The notes under the pieces: generated by a model
Seen by the model: the letters and a program-made list of their open reading frames with translations, nothing else
The model's database searches: none
What the model was told of the DNA's origin: nothing
Translations under genes and position numbers: made by a program
Origin: Psilocybe cubensis
Lineage: Eukaryota
Direction of reading: 5' to 3'
Assembly (NCBI GenBank): GCA_017499595.2
Contig: CM039005.1
Location: 2,790,001 to 2,854,000 of the forward strand
DNA: 64,000 bases
Part shown: one piece after another, positions 25,172 to 35,874 of the stretch
Layout: each line of letters begins with the position of its first letter
How positions within the stretch are numbered: position 1 is the first letter of the stretch

Positions 25172-26550
25172 CTACCCCCCCTTGAAATAACTTAGGAAAT
25201 GGACTTGCAACATTTCAATATCCATCTCGGAAACAGGCTTCCGGCATTTATTCGCGAATCGGTGTAAAAACGAGTTGATATGCTCTGGTGTCCAACTTGA
25301 AACAGCCAGGAGCATCTGTTCATCGTTAAGCCCATAAGCGTCGAAATCCTCCCAAAGATGGGCCATGGAAGGTAAGCATGAGTCGAGAAAGTGATAAATG
25401 GCATCGCCTCCATGGGATGAGGATGGTGTGCATGGCATGGAACCAATGGAACTGCGGCTGGCATTATTCGACCTTCTGGAGGGTGTTGTCCAGAGTGTTT
25501 GGGGTGACGACGGTATCCCTCCTGCGGTATTGGTTTCTGTTGACGGCCCAGGCTCGTTGCTGAACCTGGTTGGAACGATATAATCGCGGTACCCATTGGA
25601 GTTTGTTGGGTTTTTCGATGACGAAGAGAATGAAACGGTTTCTTGCAGGATAGGTTTTCTATCCACGGTCGTTCCTCTCCTCAAGCCAGATAATTTCTGT
25701 AGAGTTTCATGAGCTGCTGCAAAAATGAAGAATGTTGCTTAATTGCCTTTTTTTTTTGCAAATAACGCGCCCAATAATGGTTTTGAAAAATCATACGCTC
25801 CGCGAGACACAACCGTATCTCAGAATCTTGCTTGTTAAATGTATTTGGATATTTTTCGACAAGCTGTTGGAAGCAAGCGATCAAAGGACTGTACACCTGA
25901 AACATGAAATATGTACAGACCTCTTTACGGACGAATATTAATTTCTCCGCTTGAACAGTGGGACAAAGCTCTATCTTCAAATACTTTTCTCCGATCCTTT
26001 TGATGTCATTCTGTCGTTAAGGTATAAGAGGAGGGTCTACGAGGAGAGAAAAGGCAACTAACATAGATATCCCGGATATGATTGGGATCATTATTGTCTA
26101 GTTTAAGAAGCTCTCGCAGTTGAGATGCTGGGCCCTGTGTGCTGTTAGTGTGTTGCAAAGCTTTCTGTGATCGAAGTACCTTGCCATTCCTGTGCTCAGT
26201 TGGTCGGATTTCTAGCGAAAAACATAATAAGCTATATGATAAGATGCCCATAAAAACGGGCTTACTGTTAAGGGTGGAAGCAAGTGGCATTATTGCTTGT
26301 TAGGGGAAGGATGTAAGACCAGGTGAAGAGTTCAACGGTGTTTTATTTGCCACACGAGTCAACCCTATCTTGTTGAACGAACATGTATCAACGAACGTTA
26401 AATGACGCACTCCTTTTTGGATTATTTAGGCTTTTGAGCGTGTGTATCTTGTTGAACGAACATGTATCAACGAACTTTAAATGACGCACTCCTTTTTGGA
26501 TTATTTAGGCTTTTGAGCGTGTGCCTGGGAGCGTTGTTTGGATTCGACAT
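25172..26550 (-). pseudogene. Multi-exon hypothetical gene with an Agaricales-type C-terminal helical (SAM-like) domain; appears disabled
   Basis: C-terminus IYHFLDSCLPSMAHLWEDFDAYGLNDEQMLLAVSSWTPEHINSFL...SEMDIEMLQVHF; in-frame TAA in exon 2; frame change in the last exon (an A-run lies at ~25750); 79-bp tandem duplication over exon1/intron1. Confidence 0.55.
26366..26523. repeat. Near-perfect 79-bp tandem duplication
   Basis: TATCTTGTTGAACGAACATGTATCAACGAAC...GAGCGTGTG starts at 26366 and 26445; one mismatch seen. Confidence 0.95.
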
Positions 26551-27002
26551 ATTCAATATGGTTTTATTGTGTGATAAGATCGCTGAATGATATGAACATT
26601 CAATCTTCAACCATACGCAACAAAAAACCAGTACCGCGGTCAAAATGGATTGAAATTTACTGTGTAACTTGTTCAAACTGATTCGTTGTGACCGTTGACG
26701 TAGTGTTGCCGTCAGAGCGCAGTCACTCTGCAGTGACTGTGACTGCACTCTGTTTTTTCATTCTCCGACACACTTCACAGCGCAACAAATTTAAAGTCGC
26801 AGTGAAGTGCTCGGGTCTTCCTCTAGGCACACATCGTACTCTGCGCGTGCTCCGTCGGAGACACACCTAGGCCACGCCGAGGACAGGTACAATAATCATC
26901 CTCAGTTCAATCAACCATGTCGAGCATTAACGATCCGCGAAAGAGACCGGGAACTTGTACGATTTTTTATTAGAATTTTCTCTCTATAGATTTGATATTT
27001 AG

Positions 27003-27756
27003 GTGTCTATGAAAGCAGCCACAAGTGATCACACCCCCAGCTCCTCGAGACCAATGGAAGAGCCACGCCCGCGATCGCCGACTTCACGTTATCCGACACC
27101 TCCGCCCGCCGACGCGCCTCTCGGGCCCGCCGCACGATACCCTTACCTCCCAATGTCTCCAAGTCATCTCGGAGACGGTGGTGGTCCGGCCATCGACGAA
27201 AGCATCGCGGCTGTTCCAAGTCACATCACAGGTGCTACCATCACGTATAGTTGCCGTCCAGGGGGACCCTACCTCTTCGACCTCTTGGGTACCTTGCCTC
27301 TCGCGGAATACGGAGTACTGTCATGGGAAATTATCGATCGCGAGGACAAAATTTGGGAAAGCGACGATGTGAAGGAAGAACACAAGGTCATGCATGCTCT
27401 ATGGGCACGGTGGATATTTGTACAGGCAAATCGGTGAGTAGACCTCTTTTTAGACCTTTCTATATAAACATGATTGACACGCATATAATTAGAAATAAAT
27501 TCATCGCAAATTATGTCAAAGGTGTCAAGGCCTTTATCGATACATATTGGAGGATGATCCACAAAGCAGCTGGGTGGAGTGCACTGCGCTTTTTCTTGTT
27601 CGTAAGTAGCTTTGTGCTTGATATTGCTGGTATTTGGTCTTAAACTGAGCACCCCGTCTGTAGGTTTTGCTCGCCAACAATTTTTTGTCAAGCCATGATG
27701 TGGCTCAGGTTCTTTTATATTACCAAAATCTTACTGGGATGGATCACTGGGTATGA
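27003..27756 (+). CDS. VEFS-box-like (SUZ12 C-terminal) domain protein; probably 5'-truncated
   Basis: Exons 27003-27433, 27493-27601 and 27664-27756 splice in frame: ...SWEIIDREDKIWESDDVKEEHKVMHALWARWIFVQANRNKFIANYVKGVKAFIDTYWRMIHKAAGWSALRFFLFVLLANNFLS... This matches the VEFS pattern W..I....DV...K....LW...FIA...F...Y...I.K. Possible small upstream exons at ~26800-26956 lack an ATG. Confidence 0.6.
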
Positions 27757-27867
27757 TTTGAGTTGGACTTTGAAGTGTATATCCTAATATTAGCTTCAGG
27801 CAACGTAAACCCTTTCTGGTTCATGATACAACAGCAAACTACAACACGCTCAGGTCTCAAAATTTAC

Positions 27868-28210
27868 TCACTCCGCCTCTCGTAGAATTGGTCTTTCGAA
27901 CGCAGCTGCATCCTGATCTTTATCATCTTCATCATCAATTTCGAATCCATCGTCTTCATGCTTTTGAATAACCATCGCGCAAAGTTTGGCGATCGTGTCC
28001 TCTAACTCGGCTTCTGCTTGTGATTTCCTGGTAGCATTGTACAAACCATCTGAGAAGACAGGTTCCTTGGGATCCCAGTTGATTTCTTTGCCTCGCCAGC
28101 CACCACAGCTATGGATGTAGTTAAGAAAGGAGCGCCACAGCGGGTCGAGGGAGAGTACTGTAGGGTTGCCTACTACAATAAGCAGGGCTTGTGCGCGGGT
28201 AAGCGCCACT
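27868..28210 (-). pseudogene. Isolated last exon of a MOV10/SDE3/Armitage-like UPF1-family (SF1) RNA helicase
   Basis: (V)ALTRAQALLIVVGNPTVLSLDPLWRSFLNYI...GGWRG is helicase motif VI plus the typical tail. It is preceded by a branch point and TAG acceptor, but no upstream helicase exons are present. Confidence 0.8.
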
Positions 28211-30461
28211 AGATTTGTGTATGGTTGTCAGATTTCTTGTAGTTGAAAATGTGTAATAAATCGCTTCTTAACCATGAACCACCACGTTCAAAAATTTTCC
28301 CACAATAAACACTGGGGAAGGTTGAGACTGAGACAGGCATAAGCCCGCCTCAGAAAGGAGACTTTGCGATCCAGGAAAGATAGACACAACCCAGGGAACC
28401 CTGAACACCCTAGAAGGAAAACCGTGGTGGAGTCAAAGATGGACAACGTAGCGTTGCACGCCGCGAAAATCTAGCCCAATCACACTGTATCAACGAGCAC
28501 TAGCACAAGCTCTGACACATATAATACCAGATAAAAGCTAGATATGTAAGAGGATACACAACTAACCCAAAAACCAACCAGACACTAAAAGAAAAATGCA
28601 TAAAACACGACGTAACAAGATGCGATTTATTGAGACGTGGAAAGCAAAGACAGATCGCACACAGAAACTGGGTCACCAAACAACTTGACACAACGGAGTA
28701 CGCCATGCCCACAAACAACTACCTAACAAGAGAATGCACTATGGGCACCCTAGAGGTCAATGAAACCCAGAACACGACGCAACGGACGACAGCGTAACTC
28801 CCTGAGAGGAGCCCCGAAAATCACATAGCCCACATCATACGTACAACCAGAGAATAACTACGACCGTCAGGATACGGAAAAAACCTGAGTCAGAACCCTG
28901 CGAGAATGACGAGCCGAAACGAGCGTGGGTAGCAATGAGCAAGAAGCCCGCAGACCGAAAACCATATAAACCGCGTAAAGTTGGCAACCAGGCCCGATAA
29001 CAATACAGCTCAACGACAACGCATGGCAGCGAGGGAAAGGCCAAGACAAGAGGAACCAAACAAGTGAGTTGTGCGCCAAAAACACACCAACCCCACTTTG
29101 ACGAGACATTAAAACGCACTAAATCAGGTCCAGCGAGAATACACAACCAGCAGGAGAGCTCACCATGCACAAGCCCGGAAAGAGGAGAAAGGACAACGAT
29201 GAGAAAAGCTGGGAGAAGAAGAAGAAAACAGAACACCCTCCCCAAGAAGAGTCAGAGGAGGAAGATGATGACACCACCAACCACGTACCGGACGACCCAT
29301 ATTACCCATGGGACTACGAAGAGTGGTACAACGATTTCCACGGCATTTCGCATATGGGACAACAAGGGAAGCTAGGTGCAGACACCAAACAAACAAATTC
29401 GCCAAAATCCCAAACACCGGCGACATACGTGCTGTGGAACCCCTTCGAGAAACACATAGTGTTGTTACACTGTACAGTACTATACGATACAATGAACATA
29501 AATACATGAACATATCATGTGAGTTCAAAGAATTCACTGAACCAGTGAATATACAGTAACCATAACAGGTAATCTACAATGTACTTTATCGTACACATTC
29601 AGTGAATAAGGGACCTTTAACTCTGAAACCACTGTAACCATATAAAATTGCTCAAAGTCCCTCGAGCCGCATTCAGGACCCGCATTCCACGTGAAATCAA
29701 TCCCACAAAATGAATCTTGAATCCCGAGTTTAGGTCAATGTCTTCGATAGATTCAGAATGAAGTAATCCCGAAAACCAGGATTTCTACCTGTCTCTGCAA
29801 TGTCTCTGTAACAAATTCAGTGCCGCAGGCAATCATTAGCCAGCTAGAACTTGGAAATAATCAAAGTCTATACCGGACAACAGCAAGATTGATGTTATTT
29901 TTTGTGCAAGTCTGCCACACGCGGTTTTAGCATAAATCCTATTTCCACGTAGTACTTAACCGTGGTGTACTGAGGCGGCCCCGTTTGGATGATTTTAATC
30001 TTATCTACTATGACATGTGCAGCTATCACTGACCTTAAGGCATATTCGGACACCACAGAGCGGACTTTTGTCATACCCGCGGTTCATTTTGTTACATCTT
30101 CACTTCTCTCACCTAAGTAACTGGTTGCAGCAATCACAAACATATTGTATTTTTGACACAAAAACTCGGGCGTAAGAAATTAGAGGGATCGTACTTACCG
30201 TGTGTGAAACTTCAAATGAGCGATCGTATGTTATATTTAACACACGCGCCGGGCCAAGACATACGGCCCCTATGTCGACCGGTTATGTAATGGCCGGTCA
30301 ACCGGACTTGTCGTAAACATGCGAAAATTCTTACTTGAATTTGCAGGGTAGAACAAATAATTGTTTGGATATTGTAAAGTTAATAAAGATATTGCTTGAC
30401 AATGTAAACCGGGCCCCAAAAATTGGGTGGATTTGGAAGACCAAAAATTTATTGTATTGGT

Positions 30462-32490
30462 TTACATAGCATTGTAATCTACTGTCTGTTTAGTTGATAG
30501 TACGGAGTCTGGATGGCTATAATCATTACTCACGTCGTAGTATCCCCTCGCGACTTCCTCCCTCGCTCTTTTGTTCCTGACCTCGCACCTCCCCACAAGC
30601 TTGGTCTGGATAGCCATCACACCCGCAAAAATCGGTGCAATCGCCATGCCCGCCAAAGTAAGTTGCCACCCCGCCACCAACGCCCACACTAGACCCACGC
30701 TCAACATCGCGACCACAACCACCATCTGACCCCACACAACGGCAATGAGGTCCCGCGCGTCATCCCCATCCTTGATGAGAATCTGCACGAGGCGCGCGGG
30801 GGAGTGTTTGGACAGGTCGAACCATGCACGGTCTTGCGACATGATCTTTCCGCATGTGCGCTTGCGCAGCGACGTGGCCCACGAGATTCCGACGGTCTCC
30901 ATGACAAAGTACTTCACACCGAGGAGGAACCCCTCCATACCCGCTGCGCCTAGCACAAGTCCACCGTAAGTGTTGATGGCGTTGAGGTCCTGAGCGCCAA
31001 TGGAGACCACATACAAGAGGCGGGAGAGCAGGTAGGAGAAAATGGGCGTCATGGCACCGTTCATCACGCAGACAACGAGCCCGAAGAAAAGGAGAAGCTT
31101 GCGCGAGATGGACCTGTATGCGATACGCATGAGCGCCCAGAACGGTGGGAGGGGTTCTTCGCTCTCCACGTCTTGATACTCCTCTCCATCGTCTTCTTCT
31201 GCAAATTGAATTCGAGTTTCTCCACACTATATGTCGCCGCCGTCGCCGTCGACATCCGATAGGTGGAAGCAGTGAAAGTCGCGGAGGTAGGAGTAGGAGG
31301 GAGGCTGTATCGTCTTGTGTTGACCGTATGTGCAGAATCAGGAGAAGTTGGAAGCTGAAGACCCGAAGGAAACATGGCCGAAGATGGACGCCGCGTCGAG
31401 GTTGATTTTCGAGACTTTCCTGAGTTTCGTTGGATGGATGGACGGTGGCAGAGGCAGCGATGGCAGGCTTAGTACCGATGAGGTCGTCAAGAACGTAGAA
31501 CATCCACGCGCCGAATGTCATTGGTCGCAGGGTGAGGCTCTGATGCTTGAGGTACTGTGGCGTATCCTTGTCTTTGTTCTCATCGGCCTCTTCCTGTAGA
31601 TCCAAAGCGGGCACAGGCTTCTCCTCGTCGTCTTTCTCGGGGAGGAAACCACCAGTCTCGCGTTGAGCATCCATCAACTTTTTGAACTCGCCCTGGTCAC
31701 TACCATAATCGGCCTTGACTTCCTCAAGGTCAGACCTATACCCCTGTTCGACGACGCGGCCATCCTTAAGCACATAAACGAAATCCTGAGCGGTGATTTG
31801 GGAGAGGTCGTGGGTGATAACAATAGTCGTTTTGTTGTGTCGCCATAGCGTCGAGGGCGGAAGTGGCCTCGTCTGTAAACTATAAGTCTGGAAGAATCAT
31901 GGTATGAAAGCGAAAGGACTCGCCGAGAATCAGAACAGCTGGATTCCGCAACAACGCCCGTGCAATCGCAAGCCTCTGCTTCTGCCCACCACTGACACCA
32001 ATGCCTGCACCTCCACCGAGAAGAGTATCGTAGCCTTGAGGTAGATCTCGCACAAATTCATGCAGCAATGCAGCACGGCATGCGCCTTCCACTTGTCTCC
32101 GGCTTGGAAGTCCGTTCGGATGATCGTGCAACGCCATTGCGATGTTTTCGTAAATGCTCTTCTCATCGAAAATGACAACGCCCGCGGCTCCTTGTTGACC
32201 AACACACGCAACGTGTGAACGGAGCCAAGTTTGATCCAAAAGGCCCATATCCCATTCATCGAAGTTCATGAGACCCTGCTGGGGTTCGTAAATCTTCAAA
32301 AGAAGATGTGTGACGGTGGATTTCCCAGATCCTGAGGAGCCAACGATGAACGTCGTGTCGTTGGCGGGAAGGAATAATGATATGTCGGAAAGAACGGGTA
32401 CAGTTGGTCTGGAAGGATAGGCGAAGGTGACGTTGTAAAGAGCGAGGCCGCCGGAAAACTTGGTAGGAATGATTTTACGAGGGGAATCGC
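30462..32490 (-). pseudogene. STE6: Internal fragment (NBD1, linker, start of TMD2) of a STE6-like ABCB pheromone-export ABC transporter
   Basis: NVTFAYPSRP, Walker A GSSGSGKST, signature VSGGQKQRLAIARA, Walker B LIL|DEATSALD, TTIVITHDLSQI, then TMD2 helices ...GAMTPIFSYLLSRLL...KDGDDARDL...NKRAREEVARGYYD. A deletion/frameshift follows DEATSALDA and another lies at ~31390. TMD1 and NBD2 are absent. Confidence 0.88.
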
Positions 32491-32494
32491 ACGG

Positions 32495-33000
32495 TTAGCA
32501 AACAGCGGGTACACTGGAGTTGCGACTTACCAGACATGCTTCAACAAAAGTTTTGCGGTGTCTTGTTCACTGAACTGGATCTGCGCTGAATGACTGACCA
32601 AATATACAACATTGTGAAGAAAATTGAGTTACTTACGGCGAGCCTACGCGCTTAACATCTGTGTTGGCACTGTCTTATCTTCGATTACACCTTACGCACA
32701 ATATCGTTCGGTTTAGCTCCCTGTAGTATTTACATGGTACACTACGCTAGACTGTTTACATGGATTGCTGCGCTAATGTGCTACTTCACCCGCTAGATGT
32801 GCATGGATGGAACAGAAGAAGAAAGCATGAGAATATGGCCAGCTCGCCAACAATGTACCGCAGAAGTTCGATGCCGCTCATGCCGTCGCCAAATTGGTGA
32901 TGCGCGTGATTGTTGGCACGGCATCAGCGGCATGAGACTTCTGCTCTGTATCAAGGGGATTTTGTGACGGTGTGACGCCCTTCCTCTTCTCTCTCAACAC
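32495..33000 (-). repeat. Right (inverted) copy of the hairpin/promoter/first-exon module, fused directly to the STE6 fragment
   Basis: Homology to 12400-12854 ends at the intron branch point GCTAA, where ABC-transporter coding sequence begins; hairpin at 32860-32944. Confidence 0.85.
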
Positions 33001-33599
33001 TCACACCTATGAAGTACGTCGTACGGCATAGATGGTTCGAATAATTCGAATACGAGCTTAACTGTAGTAGCACTTTAGTGTAGACTCTAATACCATAAAC
33101 TTGGTGAAGCTAGCTGCGTGCTAGCAATACAATTGTAGTTCAAGTGACATTGTGCAGATAGACCCGGCTCGGGAGGGCAGAGCAAATAGTCGCCGGGTGA
33201 GCGACACAAAACGGAGGGGAACTACAATTCATATGGATAGTGAATTACACAGAAACATAGGTGCGAATCGTATTTGTATGTGCTACAGACAGAAAACGCG
33301 TTCTACAGCACATCCGCCGCCTCTTCGCCTGCCAGACCCGTATACGAGCGTCACAAACATAGGTGAGGAGTCATCTTTGCTATTAGTGCAGAAAACTTAT
33401 TCTACAGCATATGTGCCGCCTCATTGCCCTACAGACCTCAATTATTCAACGAAGCATCCACCTACATTCAAGGATTGAACGTTGAATGCTGCTATAAATT
33501 TACGTTTTGTACGACGCTGCCTACTGTAGGCACCCTCTCTGCGAGCTACCCTCTTTGCAGGTTGCCGTTTTAATTTGGAAACTTGGAGCGGCATCTGTG

Positions 33600-34790
33600 T
33601 GTAGGATCAGGTGTTCGAGCGGCGCCAGTCGCGACTGTTTTGCACGTACTGTAATACGAGATGTTCCCGTCTAATAATTCTCTTCAATGCTATAAAGTAT
33701 GTTGCTTCATGCATGAATATCTGTATTGATATACTAAAATTATTAACCCAAGCTCTACTTGATATAATGTTCTTCGGTGACTTTCCAACCGCATTTCGTC
33801 CTGCCAGTGGGTGGTTTAAAATCTCGTTAAACAGTCCAACACGGCCATTGCCCAGCGCCCACTTCACGATTCTCACTCAAGTCGTTCGTTTCACCGTTTC
33901 TTTCCTCTTGTTCTACACAAGTATGTTCCGTTCTGTCTACCTAAGTCTACCTAATTTTCTGTAGTAACTTACATGGTCCATTTCCTATCCGGAACACCAA
34001 CGATCCCTATTAAATCTAGGAAACTATCCTGATATGAGAAGGATGGAACGATGGCGCGCAAGAGGTGCGGTTGGACATTATACGGACTCTAACTAACCGA
34101 GGCATTGACTAGTAATGGTCCAGGTTGAATGTGCGTCAGTATTACTGTCACTGCACACTATGCGATATTAAGCAACTAGGCACCTCGCAGATAAACAAGA
34201 TCCCGGACTTGTCATCGTTCGGATACCGGTGTTTCTTCCAACTCAACTCCACGACCTAGTAGGATTGCATTGCATGATGCTTCTGACAGGCTTAGACATG
34301 TGACAACATCCAGGCGCATCTGCTTCTGCACATCAATAAACGCGTTTGGGCTCTTCTCTCACTTTCCGCCTCTCCTTGAGGCAAAATTCTGACGATGTTC
34401 GTCAGTATGCCACCCTGGGAACGGAGGCAGCTGCCGTGGATCTCTATGTATGCTGTTGCATCTCCCTATTCTTCCTCTTCGTTTGCTCATCAGCGAACCC
34501 TTTCACCCTTTCTCCAAATGTTGTACATGCCCTTCGATTCTAGGTGACGAGCGAAATACACAACCGTAACTTCAAGATCTCGATCCTTTCGCTCTTTGGC
34601 TATGTCGCACTTGCGATTGACCACACATTTGAGCCATTCTTGAGCTAAGCGCTCGTTGCTCACTTGCTTGTCGTTGCGGGATGGAAAAATCCGATGGAGG
34701 TGTTGCGACAGAGTTGGCTTTGTAGTCATTTACTTTGTGTTTGGTGTATTGACTCAAAATTCCATTAGCCGTATCAGAAACTTCATCCAA
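33600..34790 (-). pseudogene. Decayed hypothetical gene whose 5' end is shared with 14895-15030
   Basis: Frame-switching minus ORFs (34572-34790, 34490-34729, 33607-33876); no recognised domain. Confidence 0.35.
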
Positions 34791-34856
34791 CTCATATATT
34801 GATTACAATGTAATAACATTATCCAACTCATATATTGATTACAATGTAATAACATT
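34785..34856. repeat. Perfect 36-bp tandem duplication
   Basis: ATCCAACTCATATATTGATTACAATGTAATAACATT occurs twice. Confidence 0.95.
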
Positions 34857-35874
34857 AAAATCGGCAACACAGGACATTGTGGATGTTAGTCTATTATTTC
34901 TCAAAAATCTGAATAAATATAGGTAATCATGAGGCCTTCGTTCCGTAAATGAGTTGTTAACACATTGCTACCACATACATGGCCTTCGTTCCGGGTTGTT
35001 GAGCGCTCGCGAATGGGTTTGAATTGATTGGTATATTGAAGGTTGAACGGTGGGGAGCGCGACAAAAACTTGAGAGCGGAATGGTTAGAACAGTGTGGAA
35101 TATTTCTAAGATATATAGTAATGATTAGCGTCGTGCGATTTGCGGTAATGATACTCTCTGTGGGTTCACAATGGGTAATGATGCGGGTAATGAGTGGGCG
35201 ATGAGTGGGCGATGAGTGGGCATTCAATATAAAGGAGATTTTTATTTAATCTATTTTACACACTATTTGAGAAACTTTTTAAGTTAAAGAATATTTTTAA
35301 AATGAGTGAGATTTACTTTTAACAAAATAGAAATAAAATTTAGTGTCGAACTCTGTACCCAAACAGATTAAATATCAAAACATAAAATATATGTCTAAAT
35401 AGAGAATAAACTAACTAAAGTATGGATTTCTCAAACAGAAAATGTATTATTCGGCCAAATAAACAAAAATAAAGATTTTCTGAATTTTTCTGTGGATAGG
35501 ACCTATATATCAAGTTATGAAGTAAATATATATAAATCCTTTCAATGGAATAAAACATACTATAAACAGAACACTTTATTGATATATTGAAAATATTAAA
35601 TACAAAATAATATCGAATAAAAATGAATTTTAGAAAAATGATTTAAAAAGTGATAAATTGATATAAAGGGCCTTTGTTTATTGGATTCCCCGAAGTGTCA
35701 TGTTCGAATGTAATAAACCAGTTACATGCATTGGGAATGGACCCAAACCAATTTAAATATTTGAATATCACGTTAGTGTGGAAAAAAATTATCGCGCCTA
35801 AAAGCGGACCACACACGCATGAGCACATGCATGCTCGCAGCCAACCTGATTTCTTTATGTTTAGTTGGCATCGG

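Noticed and set aside
35226-35780. Very AT-rich island as a possible MITE or organellar insert
   Set aside because: No TIR, TSD or recognisable gene was found.
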